In this document: positions 1 to 9,342 of the stretch, piece after piece
How the letters are laid out: each line of letters starts with the position of its first letter
Numbering within the stretch: position 1 is the stretch's first letter
Made by a program: the position numbers and the translations under genes
From: Promethearchaeia archaeon
Lineage (GTDB): Archaea > Asgardarchaeota > Lokiarchaeia > Sigyniarchaeales > SOKP01
Direction: 5' to 3'
Length of the DNA stretch: 51,296 nucleotides
Assembly (NCBI GenBank): GCA_029856125.1
Contig: JAHQWJ010000025.1
Location: 1 to 51,296, forward strand
The notes under the pieces: model-generated
Seen by the model: the letters and a program-made list of their open reading frames with translations, nothing else
Database searches by the model: none
What the model was told of the DNA's origin: nothing

Positions 1-3
1 ATC

Positions 4-279
4 ATGAAAAAATATCAGCACGCAATGCCTAATCTATTTGAAATTCCACGAGTAGAAATCGAAGTGGAAGAAAAAACTAAAAAAGTTGGCTTAAAAATAG
101 ATAAAACTAGTGATGAATTGGGCGGAATATGGAAGTGTGTAGTGTGTGCTTATATTTACGACCCTGTTAACGGTGATCCCGATAGTGGAATAGCTCCCGG
201 AACTCCTTTTGAAGATATTCCCGACGATTGGTTTTGTCCGGTTTGTGGAAGCGATAAAACCAAATTTGCAAAAATCTAA
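4..279 (+). CDS. Rubredoxin-domain protein, probably the 3' part of a longer gene cut by the window edge
   Basis: [12 protein letters not shown]...[17 protein letters not shown] is a canonical rubredoxin; the frame is open back to base 1. Confidence 0.85.
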   Translation: MKKYQHAMPNLFEIPRVEIEVEEKTKKVGLKIDKTSDELGGIWKCVVCAYIYDPVNGDPDSGIAPGTPFEDIPDDWFCPVCGSDKTKFAKI

Positions 280-354
280 ACAAAAAACATTCAATTTTTT
301 ACTTTTTTATTTTTATATAACTATACGACTAATTACGAATAGTTATAATTTTCT

Positions 355-1218
355 TTATGGTTCTACAATATCAGCTACCTTTGTTCTGTTCTCTGCGAAG
401 AATAGAATCAGTATAATTCCTACTACTCCAATTATAACCATTAAGATAAAGATACCTTGAATTGTGTTCACAGCAAGAAATAATGAGCTTTCATTTACTG
501 TTACATGAAGTAAAGCAGTGAGAAGGACACTCTGTGTCTTACTATATAGCCAAGTGGCTAAAAATGTGAAGAGGATAACCCTAATAGTGTATATTAAGAA
601 ATCTAACAAATCTAGAGAACCACTCTCAATTAAAAACATTGGAATATGCCATATGGCATGAGGCAACCCAATAATCAGACTCATTTTAATTGGGCTCTGC
701 CTCTTCTGTAGGTGATGTTGAGCAAATCCTCGCCACCCTATCTCTTCTTCATAATTACCTAGTAATAGTCTATTCATATAATGGAAAAGAAAGCCTATAA
801 GTCCATATGCTGCGATTGTGTTTGGAAAGGATTCTCCTAACATGAGCTCAATACTAAGTGGGATCATGTAGATCACGATCGGTATGAGGAAGGCAAACAA
901 ATAATAGATTGGGTTGACTTTCCATTTGAATATTCGGCTAACGAAATCTCGAAGGCCACTTTTTCCATGTAATGTTAATGTGAGAATGAGACCGGCAATT
1001 CCCGGTCCGAACACTCCAATTTTTAATAAAATTTCCAAGAAAATTAGAAGTGATATCGGTGCTAACTCGGGTGCTGCGATATATGGCTCAATCAACAAAA
1101 TAACTGTGAACCAACATGTCCAAGTTATAATATACGTTAAGAAAAAATATGTTAGAACAGGATGCCTACGTACATAAGCTTTCATAAAGGTTTTTGCCAA
1201 GTCCTTTCTTCTCCTCAA
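355..1218 (-). CDS. CPBP/Abi (CAAX protease-like) intramembrane metalloprotease
   Basis: EEEIGWRGF, HAIWHIP and LLH motifs; multiple TM helices; the true start may be a downstream ATG. Confidence 0.85.
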   Translation of the reverse strand: MRRRKDLAKTFMKAYVRRHPVLTYFFLTYIITWTCWFTVILLIEPYIAAPELAPISLLIFLEILLKIGVFGPGIAGLILTLTLHGKSGLRDFVSRIFKWKVNPIYYLFAFLIPIVIYMIPLSIELMLGESFPNTIAAYGLIGFLFHYMNRLLLGNYEEEIGWRGFAQHHLQKRQSPIKMSLIIGLPHAIWHIPMFLIESGSLDLLDFLIYTIRVILFTFLATWLYSKTQSVLLTALLHVTVNESSLFLAVNTIQGIFILMVIIGVVGIILILFFAENRTKVADIVEP

Positions 1219-1399
1219 ATTATTCGTTTTTTATGCAAAAATAGTAAATCAAATATATAAAATTAACTTGGACCATCTACTACAAATATTCAAATCAAGC
1301 TTTATATGGCTAGTTCGATATAACAAAATATTGAAAAATCAATTCGCATTTTATAAGTTATCATTTTTTAAAATATAATAAGTAATTAGGGATCTTAGG

Positions 1400-2881
1400 A
1401 TGTCAGATAGCGTAGCTGAAAAAGCCGATTTGGGAATTGTGACAATGAAGGAAAAATTAGCATATGGTTTTGCTCAAATGCCGGGCACTTTCTATGGAGG
1501 AGTTATGGGTGTAATACAATCCTTCTATTTTGCTTGGATGGGATTGTCAACAATATGGATAACTATAGCATTAATTGTTTATGCTGTATGGAATGTAGTA
1601 AATGATCCGATATTTGGTAATGTAATTGGAAATACTCGCTATTACAATAAAAAAAGGGGAGAAGTCCAAAGATATATCCCATATATTAAGTTTGGAGCTC
1701 CAATTTTTAGTTTATGTTTTGCGTTGGTATTTTTTCCACCAGATGCGTGGAGAGGGCAAACATCTAATCTTAACATCCAGGTTTGGCTTTTTGTTTGGTA
1801 TCTTGTGAGCCAAATTGCCTACGATACTTTGTTTACATTTGTGTTATGCGCTCATGTAGCATTACTCCCTCAAATGACATTAAATCAACGAGAAAGAGAA
1901 AAAATTCAGCTTATAAGCACTGCTTTTATGTTACCTGCAATTTTATTTGGATTTATTGTTCCAGTTATATTCTTAGCAAATCCCTCGACAACAACCATTG
2001 CCCAATTTCAAATGCTTGTAGTAATTATCGCTATTTTTGGAATCTTTCCCTACTTAATATTAAGTAAGTATGTACACGAACACAGTGAGCACATCCCAGA
2101 AAATAAAACCTCCCTACTTAAGTCAATAAAACTCGCTTTTAAAAATCCATCTTTCAGAGTATATGTATTATATGACGGAGTTTCAGTATTATTGTTGAAT
2201 CTAGTAATGGTTAGTTTACCTTTCTACTTGACATGGGTTTTAGGACCAATGGATGGATTTAATATGCTTCTTTTCTGGATTGGACCTATTATCTGCTTGC
2301 TAATCTCAATTCCTATAATATTAAGAATTGCTGATAAGTTCTCAACAAAAGCTTCAATTACTTATTATCTTAGCGTTTTAAGTGTCGGGGGATTATTCAG
2401 CTTCTTTGCTGGGCTTTCAGGTAATTGGGTTCTTGTTTCGATTGGTTTTTCAATCTTTATGCTAGGTTTTGCCGGAGACTTTATTCAACATAATCCAATG
2501 CGCGCCGATACAATTGACTACGATTATTGGAAAATTTCGGGAGAGAGGCGAGAGGGGCTCTATGCAGGCGTAGGGGCATTACTTAGCAAACCCATGATAA
2601 GTGTTGCCTTAGCGGTGCCACCAGCATTGATGACTGCTTTTGGTTTAATATATGTGGATATAGAAGGTGGATTATCAGCAACTCAAGGTTTAGCAGCAGC
2701 TTCTTTAAGTGTTAATATCAGTATGACTCTTCTACCGGGAATCGTATGTTTAATCGGTTTATTAGTTTGGGTAAAATTTTATCCTTTAACTGGAAAGGTT
2801 GTAAAGACAATGAAAAAAGAAGTGAGTATTCTGCATGAACAAAGAAGAAAAGAATACGAAGAAAAAAAGCAGCCTAAGTAA
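1400..2881 (+). CDS. MFS transporter, GPH (MelB-like sugar:cation symporter) family
   Basis: WNVVNDPIFG and ADTIDYDYWKISGERREGLY motifs; about 12 TM helices. Confidence 0.85.
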   Translation: MSDSVAEKADLGIVTMKEKLAYGFAQMPGTFYGGVMGVIQSFYFAWMGLSTIWITIALIVYAVWNVVNDPIFGNVIGNTRYYNKKRGEVQRYIPYIKFGAPIFSLCFALVFFPPDAWRGQTSNLNIQVWLFVWYLVSQIAYDTLFTFVLCAHVALLPQMTLNQREREKIQLISTAFMLPAILFGFIVPVIFLANPSTTTIAQFQMLVVIIAIFGIFPYLILSKYVHEHSEHIPENKTSLLKSIKLAFKNPSFRVYVLYDGVSVLLLNLVMVSLPFYLTWVLGPMDGFNMLLFWIGPIICLLISIPIILRIADKFSTKASITYYLSVLSVGGLFSFFAGLSGNWVLVSIGFSIFMLGFAGDFIQHNPMRADTIDYDYWKISGERREGLYAGVGALLSKPMISVALAVPPALMTAFGLIYVDIEGGLSATQGLAAASLSVNISMTLLPGIVCLIGLLVWVKFYPLTGKVVKTMKKEVSILHEQRRKEYEEKKQPK

Positions 2882-2882
2882 A

Positions 2883-3434
2883 TTATATTTTTAATTTCCT
2901 TATTTCTTCAACAGCTTCTAAAAAATTGGAATGGACCAATGTTGGAACAATTTTATTTTCTTTTAGATCTCGCAAATGTTTCTTACCGTGTCCAGTAATC
3001 ATATAAACTGTTTTACAACCTCCATTAATCCCGAATTGTATATCAGAGGGATGATCACCAATCATCCAAGAAGATTCCAAATCAATATCCCATTGATTAG
3101 CTATTTCTTTTATAAATTTTGGATTTGGTTTTCGACAATCACAATTATCCTCCTTAACATGTGGACAAAAAAAGGTTTTTTCAATTTTAATATGGTTATC
3201 ATTTAATATGGATATTAAATGATTGTTATATTTGTGGAAGTCTTCTAATGTATAGTAACCTTTGCCTATACCCGCTTGATTGGTTACTATAAAAAAGATA
3301 AAATTTGATTGCAATTGCTTCAAACCCTTAATAACACCGGGCAAAATCTCTAAGTCTTCAATCTTATACGAATAATCTTTGTCCTCTATCAAAACTCCAT
3401 CTCTATCTAAAATGATCGCTCTTTTTTTACTCAT
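2883..3434 (-). CDS. HAD-IIIA phosphatase, GmhB/histidinol-phosphatase-like
   Basis: LDRDGVL, VTNQAG, CPH-x5-CDCRKP and MIGD motifs. Confidence 0.85.
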   Translation of the reverse strand: MSKKRAIILDRDGVLIEDKDYSYKIEDLEILPGVIKGLKQLQSNFIFFIVTNQAGIGKGYYTLEDFHKYNNHLISILNDNHIKIEKTFFCPHVKEDNCDCRKPNPKFIKEIANQWDIDLESSWMIGDHPSDIQFGINGGCKTVYMITGHGKKHLRDLKENKIVPTLVHSNFLEAVEEIRKLKI

Positions 3435-3516
3435 ATTTTTAATAATTTTACAACTTACTTAAAGTAGTCAAATTGCTTTAAATCGTGATAGACGATGTGA
3501 AATCTCAGTTTTTATT

Positions 3517-3553
3517 ACTATGTAGACTTAACACACACTATGTAGAATCAACA
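3517..3553. promoter_or_regulatory. Tandem 17-bp operator-like repeat upstream of a TATA box
   Basis: ACTATGTAGACTTAACA (3517-3533) and ACTATGTAGAATCAACA (3537-3553), 20-bp period; TTTAAATA at about 3559-3566. Confidence 0.6.
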
Positions 3554-3618
3554 ATAAATTTAAATAGAAAGTCATATATTTATTATTTAAGTTAATACAA
3601 CATTAATGAAAATAGAAA

Positions 3619-4467
3619 ATGAGAGTCTTAGCTATAATGGGTGGTCCTAGAAAAGGTTATGGGACGATGATAATGCAACAACTAGAATATCAACTAAAAT
3701 TGCTTCAGAAAGTTGAATTTGAATATCTATATCTTAAAGATGTTAATCTAGAATCGTGCAGAGGGTGTCATAACTGTTTTTTCAAAGGTGAAGATAAGTG
3801 CCCAGTAGGAAAAGACGATCGGGATGCAATCTTCAATAAGATTGATCAAGCAGATGGTGTAATTTTCATGGCTCCCGCTTATGCCATGCATGTTCCTGCA
3901 CTCATGAAAAACTTTTTTGACAGGTTATCCTACATTTTCCATAGACCTTGTTTTTTCGGAAAAATCGCAATTGGTGTTTGTAATCAAGGTATTGCTGATG
4001 CAAAGAAGATTACAAGTTATTTCAATCAAGTAGCAAGCTCATGGGGTTTTAATTTCGTACATCGATTAGAGATACGGACGATGCCTATTGAAGGAGCAGA
4101 AAGAAAGATTGTTAAGAAAATTAGGACTACATGCAAAGCATTCATAAATGCATTAAACGGAAAAAGATATCAAAAACCAAGTTTAGGTGGTGTTCTTGCA
4201 TTTAAAGTGAGGAAAACACTACATAAAATTGCGAGGGATGAAAGTAATGCTGATTATAAATATTGGTTTGAACAAGGATGGCTGGAAGATGATAAGCAAT
4301 ACTATTACGAAACTAGGATAGGGATTAGTAAGAGGATAATTGCAGGATTACTAAATCTATTTCTAAAACCACAATTCAAAAAGATGTTTGCTGGTGATCC
4401 GCAACAAATTTATAACAAATATTTAAAATTAGAATCTTTAAATTTTGAAAATGTAGTTGTAAGCTAA
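3619..4467 (+). CDS. Flavodoxin-fold NAD(P)H-dependent FMN reductase / iron-sulfur flavoprotein-like protein
   Basis: GGPRKG, CRGCHNC-x7-CP, ADGVIFMAPAY and MKNFFDRL motifs. Confidence 0.8.
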   Translation: MRVLAIMGGPRKGYGTMIMQQLEYQLKLLQKVEFEYLYLKDVNLESCRGCHNCFFKGEDKCPVGKDDRDAIFNKIDQADGVIFMAPAYAMHVPALMKNFFDRLSYIFHRPCFFGKIAIGVCNQGIADAKKITSYFNQVASSWGFNFVHRLEIRTMPIEGAERKIVKKIRTTCKAFINALNGKRYQKPSLGGVLAFKVRKTLHKIARDESNADYKYWFEQGWLEDDKQYYYETRIGISKRIIAGLLNLFLKPQFKKMFAGDPQQIYNKYLKLESLNFENVVVS

Positions 4468-4487
4468 ACTACCATATTACAATTTTT

Positions 4488-4631
4488 TTAATAAAAGAGT
4501 AATGTCATAACTGCGAGGTACCCAACCCCTAATAAGATATGTAGCATCGCAAAAATCCCCCCTACTTTGAATAAACGCTTATAATTTAGATCGTCGGCAC
4601 AATACTTTTTTGATAATTCTAATGTAAATGA
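4488..4631 (-). pseudogene. 3'-terminal relic of a membrane transporter gene (ArsB/SLC13-like C-terminus)
   Basis: Start-less frame SFTLELSKKYCADDLNYKRLFKVGGIFAMLHILLGVGYLAVMTLLFY*, bounded upstream by an in-frame stop. Confidence 0.45.
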
Positions 4632-4670
4632 TTAAAAAAAATAAAAAGAAGAATTTAATCTAAATAAAAT

Positions 4671-5072
4671 TTATTCTTTGCCGGTCCACAATCCGTGAAG
4701 ATTGCAATATTCCCTAGCGATAAGACCTGTTGGATCACCTACAACAAAGACTGCTTTAGGTTCCATTCCCGGAGCTAGCATCTGCCTCTTATAGCAGTTA
4801 TCTTTGCAGATTAGCTCAATCCACATTATGTAATGCTCATCTGTCATTGGATGTGGTGTTCCCATAGAAATACCGACATCTACAGTAACCTTATTACCAT
4901 CAATCGTTATTTTAGGAACGTGTTTTTCACCCTTCCAATCAGCAGTTTTTTCCTCCATCAAGATCATGGGTTTTCCACAACATATCGTCTCAGGAACTCC
5001 TGGATTAAGAATCTCGACTACTTTACCACAAACTTCACATTTATAAATTGTTTTTTGTTTCATATCCATCAA
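4671..5072 (-). CDS. dfx: Desulfoferrodoxin (2Fe superoxide reductase)
   Basis: YKCEVCG...CCG desulforedoxin domain; EKHVP, HPM, HYI and CNLHGLW motifs. Confidence 0.95.
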   Translation of the reverse strand: MMDMKQKTIYKCEVCGKVVEILNPGVPETICCGKPMILMEEKTADWKGEKHVPKITIDGNKVTVDVGISMGTPHPMTDEHYIMWIELICKDNCYKRQMLAPGMEPKAVFVVGDPTGLIAREYCNLHGLWTGKE

Positions 5073-5164
5073 TCACTTTCTTTTATTAAGAACAGCGTTG
5101 TTTCTAATATTTGAAAGTTAATATTTAATTATTTTGTTTAAATTTTATAAGATATATCCTTAGT

Positions 5165-5749
5165 TTAGTATTCTTCGCATTTTTTTCTGAAATAATCTCT
5201 TGGATGTGAACAGCTTGGGCATGTAAAGTCCTCTGGAAGTTCGTCTAATTCAACTTGGTAACCACACTCAAGACATATCCATACTACTTTATCCCCTCGT
5301 TTAAAGAAGATATCGTCGCCTACTAATTTTAACAACTTGCCATACCTCTCTGAATGATGTTTTTCTGCGGAGGCAATTGCTCTAAATCTTGCAGCGATTT
5401 CAGGATATCCTTCGTTTTCTGCGATGTCAGCGAAACCGGGATACATCTCCTGCCATTCGTAATCTTCACCCGCAATAGCAGATTTCAGATTTTCTGCTGT
5501 GGTTCCATAAGTAGTAGGACCACCAGCTTTTATCTCTAATTCTTCAAATTTTTCATCTTTCTTAAGGTCCTGGAGCATTTTATAGTTCCAACCACCGTGT
5601 TCTCTTTCTTGATTTGACGTTTCTTCGAAAATTTTTGATATGAGAATATATCCTTCCTTTTTAGCAATTTTAGAAAAAAGAGTATATCTATTTCGCGCTT
5701 GAGATTCTCCCAAGAATGCGGCGAATAAGTTTTCAATTGTTTTTTTCAT
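5165..5749 (-). CDS. rbr: Rubrerythrin
   Basis: [22 protein letters not shown] diiron motifs plus C-terminal CLECG...CPSC. Confidence 0.95.
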   Translation of the reverse strand: MKKTIENLFAAFLGESQARNRYTLFSKIAKKEGYILISKIFEETSNQEREHGGWNYKMLQDLKKDEKFEELEIKAGGPTTYGTTAENLKSAIAGEDYEWQEMYPGFADIAENEGYPEIAARFRAIASAEKHHSERYGKLLKLVGDDIFFKRGDKVVWICLECGYQVELDELPEDFTCPSCSHPRDYFRKKCEEY

Positions 5750-5926
5750 AATTTCACCTTTTTTATCATTTATTTATTGGAGATTTCCAATGATTTCCAA
5801 TGATTTTGAATATATATTTATTACGCGAGTTAAAACTTTTTTACTTATAATTTAATGAAATAATAGCATAATCAAAAGATAAAAGTAGTTATTGAATAAA
5901 AGTATGAAAATTAGCTTCTTATTGCT

Positions 5927-8317
5927 TTAATTGTAGGTTTTATAATCTTCTTTTTGTGGTATAACAGGATATCCATTCCGGTGCCAAACCATCATTCCAC
6001 CAGTTAAGTTTCTAACGTCTTTAAAACCTGCTCTAGCCAATAATTGAGCTGCCATCATTGAACGTGATCCACTATGACAAATCACAACGATTTCATCATT
6101 CTTATGCTCTTCTAAAGCATTAATATTATGCATTAGTTCTCCTAAAGGCATTAATTGTGTGTTTTTTATGTGTCCCGCTCTTCCATTATACTCCTGTGAT
6201 GTTCTTACATCAATTAGTAATGTTGGTGAATCATCTGAATCTAGTCTTTCAAACAGCTCGCTAACACTTATATTTGATAACGCTGGGGCATCTGGACCTC
6301 TTAGTTCTTTTCTAGTTTTTTCTTCAATTTTCACAGGCGCTTCGATTTCTTCAAGAGTTACTGGACTTTTTTCTAATGTTGCAACTAATTTCCCTTGCTC
6401 TTTACCCAAGTATAGTAATTTAACCGCTTCATTTAATTCTGCATAGGCTTCAACACTGGCTTTAAACCCAGGATCTGTTGAGTAGATTCTTAATTTTTTA
6501 TCTTCTGGCAATTTTTCAAGAGATTTAATGAGAGCATTTAAAGGACCGGGACAGGACAAACCACACGCATCCACTTCGATATAATCATCTGAAATTGTAC
6601 TTTTCCTTTCAATCATTTCTTCTATAATTTCTTCGGAAGCTCCGCATTCTGCAGCGATTTCTTCTGTAGTAGCGATCGCTGTTTTATAGAGTTTATAGCC
6701 TCCCGATAAATTTTTAACATGATATCCTTTTTGGATTAGTAGCCTTGTTGAAAGATAACCCCTGAAGCCTACTTCACAGATGACATAGATATTTTTATCT
6801 TGAGGCACTTCGTCCAACCTTTTTCTCAGCTCTAAATCGCTTATATTAGTAGCCCCTTTGATGGTTCCAACTTGATACTCTTCAAGTGTTCGAACGTCAA
6901 GGAAAAAACTATTATTTGCTCGTATTTTCTCGATTTCGTGCCAGTGCCAAATTGGCATATCTCCTCTAAGTACATTAGATGCAACAAAACCCGCCATATT
7001 TACAGGGTCTTTAGCAGAACCGTAAGGAGGTGCATACGTAAGTTCCAACTCTTCTAGATCAAAAACAGTTCCATTAAATTTTATTACAGTAGAAATAACA
7101 TCAATCCTTTTTTCTGTCCCAGGACCTCCAACAGCTTGAGCACCAAGAACTTTTCCGCTTGGAACTTCGAATAACAATTTAATTGTTATAGGAGTTGCTC
7201 CAGGGTAATATCCTGCATGGTTATTAGGATGAATGTATATTTTCTCGTAATTAAGATCCAACTGCGTTAGTTGTTTTTCAGATAAACCTACTGATGAGAC
7301 CGTTAAATCAAAAACCTTTACAACAGAGGCTCCTAAAATACCATTATATTTTGAGTTGCGACCGGCAATGACATCAGCAACAATTCTCCCTTGTTTATTT
7401 GCAGGACCTGCTAACGGTATGGCTATTGATTGGTTGGTTATAAGATTTTTTACTTCGACAACATCACCTACAGCAAATATTGAAGCGTCTGAGGTTTTCA
7501 TTTGCTCGTCAACTACGATATGCCCTCGTGGACCAATTTCTAAGCCAGCATCTTTTGCTAATCGATTTTCCGGTTTTACTCCAATTGCCATAATTATCAT
7601 ATCAGTTTCTATACTTTTTCCACTTTTAGTAATAACGTGATAGCTATTGTTGTCGTCGCGCTTAAAAGAATCAACGGGGTCTTCTAATTGTAAACACACC
7701 CCGTTTAGCAATAACTCTTGATGGACAAATTGAGCAATTTCTTTGTCTAATGGAGCCATTACTTGATCTAACATCTCCACTATCTTTACTTTAATCCCTT
7801 TGTGCTTCAAATTTTCCGCCATCTCTAATCCAATAAAGCCTCCACCAATAATGGTTGCGTGTTTAACATCGTTATCTTCGGTGAATTGCTTTATTTTAAC
7901 GGAATCAGGAATTGTTCTTAAACTAAATACGGGAACATCGTTTATTCCTTCAAATTGTGGCATTATCGGAGAGGCACCAGGAGAAAGGACCAAATAATCA
8001 TATCCTAACTCAACAAGGTTATCTTTTTCAAGGTTTTTAACTGATACCGTTTTCTTGTCTCTATTAATTGAAATTGCTTCGTTATTTATTCTAACGTCAA
8101 TTTTAAACCGATCCCAGAAATCCTCAGGAGTCATAAGTTCCAACAGACTTTGGTCCTTTATAACGTGGCCAATATAATACGGTAAACCACAATTAGCAAA
8201 GGAAACATACGGTCCTCTTTCAAGAACTATTATTTCTAAGTCTTCTCTTAGCCGTCTGAGTCTGGCTGCGGTTGAAGCTCCTCCCGCTACGCCTCCAACA
8301 ATTACTACTTTCTTCAT
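5927..8317 (-). CDS. cdr: CoA-disulfide/persulfide reductase fused to rhodanese, TusA and a second rhodanese domain
   Basis: GGVAGG, SFANCGLPY, GGGFIGLE, YAPPY; rhodanese 1 LDVRT...ICEVGFRG; TusA DACGLSCPGP; rhodanese 2 IDVRT...ICHSGSRS. Confidence 0.92.
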   Translation of the reverse strand: MKKVVIVGGVAGGASTAARLRRLREDLEIIVLERGPYVSFANCGLPYYIGHVIKDQSLLELMTPEDFWDRFKIDVRINNEAISINRDKKTVSVKNLEKDNLVELGYDYLVLSPGASPIMPQFEGINDVPVFSLRTIPDSVKIKQFTEDNDVKHATIIGGGFIGLEMAENLKHKGIKVKIVEMLDQVMAPLDKEIAQFVHQELLLNGVCLQLEDPVDSFKRDDNNSYHVITKSGKSIETDMIIMAIGVKPENRLAKDAGLEIGPRGHIVVDEQMKTSDASIFAVGDVVEVKNLITNQSIAIPLAGPANKQGRIVADVIAGRNSKYNGILGASVVKVFDLTVSSVGLSEKQLTQLDLNYEKIYIHPNNHAGYYPGATPITIKLLFEVPSGKVLGAQAVGGPGTEKRIDVISTVIKFNGTVFDLEELELTYAPPYGSAKDPVNMAGFVASNVLRGDMPIWHWHEIEKIRANNSFFLDVRTLEEYQVGTIKGATNISDLELRKRLDEVPQDKNIYVICEVGFRGYLSTRLLIQKGYHVKNLSGGYKLYKTAIATTEEIAAECGASEEIIEEMIERKSTISDDYIEVDACGLSCPGPLNALIKSLEKLPEDKKLRIYSTDPGFKASVEAYAELNEAVKLLYLGKEQGKLVATLEKSPVTLEEIEAPVKIEEKTRKELRGPDAPALSNISVSELFERLDSDDSPTLLIDVRTSQEYNGRAGHIKNTQLMPLGELMHNINALEEHKNDEIVVICHSGSRSMMAAQLLARAGFKDVRNLTGGMMVWHRNGYPVIPQKEDYKTYN

Positions 8318-8353
8318 TTTATAATCTACTCAAATTTTTTTAGTTGTGTGATT

Positions 8354-8370
8354 GTGATGCACTACATCAC
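8354..8370. promoter_or_regulatory. Palindromic operator between the TATA box and the cdr gene
   Basis: GTGATG-CACTA-CATCAC; TTATAA box at 8374-8379 immediately upstream on the minus strand. Confidence 0.55.
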
Positions 8371-8534
8371 TACTTATAATTTTCAAAATTAATTATTCCA
8401 TTTAAAGAGCTTTCTTATTATTTATTGATTGATCTAAGAACTAAAAAACACTTTTTATGAATTTAATAGTTTAATAAAAAAAGTTATGATTGCTTATAAT
8501 GCTTTTAAAAAATAAGAAAATTTGTAAAAAAAAA

Positions 8535-9338
8535 TTAACCTCTATAATCTAAAATTATAACTGCATCCACAAAAAGCTCGTAATTCTCATCTTCGTCGTT
8601 ATCATGAATTACTACCTTTTCAACTTCATCCAATTCTCCTTTAATTTCTAAAAGATCTGATTCGTGTAATATTTTAACTTCTGAGTGCTTTAATTTCTTC
8701 CGTAATTCGACATTACCAGGGATTGATTTCGCAGTTGTTACTAAAATTACTCTTCCTGTGTATTCTGTTAATTTTATTGCGAGTTCTAAGGAATCGTCTC
8801 CCGAGTCAACTATTAGGATTCTTTTTTCTCTTAGTTCCTCCAAATTTGCTGGAACGATATCGTAAACTCCCTTTCCAAAAAACTTTTCCACTCCTAGTAT
8901 TACTCGAAGACCTATTTGACATGAAGTTACAATTTCTACTTCTGGAGTCGTACCTAAGCGGTAGTTATTAATTGCTGCTTGTAAAGCATCGGCAGCTAGA
9001 TTCGAACAATGCATCTTAATAGGCGGAAGACCATCTAATTCGTCAGCTACATCTTGCCTAGATATTTTGTAGGCTTCGTCAAGAGTCATTCCTTTTGCCA
9101 TCTCAGTTATCATTGAGGATGTGGCAACTGCAGATCCGCAACCAAATGTTTTAAATTTAAGATCTTCGATTATCTCCTCGCCATCGTCATTTTTGCCAAC
9201 CTTTATGTATATCCACATAAGATCTCCACAGACTGGATTTCCAACTTGGCCAACTCCATCAGCTTCTTCTATTTCCCCAACATTTCGAGGATTCTTAAAA
9301 TGGTCTAATACTTTATCAGAATATTGAGTAGATTTCAT
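8535..9338 (-). CDS. iscU: IscU/NifU-type Fe-S scaffold fused to a degenerate thioredoxin-reductase-like nucleotide-binding domain
   Basis: YSDKVLDHFKNPRNVG, NPVCGD, FGCG, KMHCSNL; C-terminus GKGV...KRILIVDSGDDSLELA...LFVDAVII. Confidence 0.9.
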   Translation of the reverse strand: MKSTQYSDKVLDHFKNPRNVGEIEEADGVGQVGNPVCGDLMWIYIKVGKNDDGEEIIEDLKFKTFGCGSAVATSSMITEMAKGMTLDEAYKISRQDVADELDGLPPIKMHCSNLAADALQAAINNYRLGTTPEVEIVTSCQIGLRVILGVEKFFGKGVYDIVPANLEELREKRILIVDSGDDSLELAIKLTEYTGRVILVTTAKSIPGNVELRKKLKHSEVKILHESDLLEIKGELDEVEKVVIHDNDEDENYELFVDAVIILDYRG

Positions 9339-9342
9339 ATTA

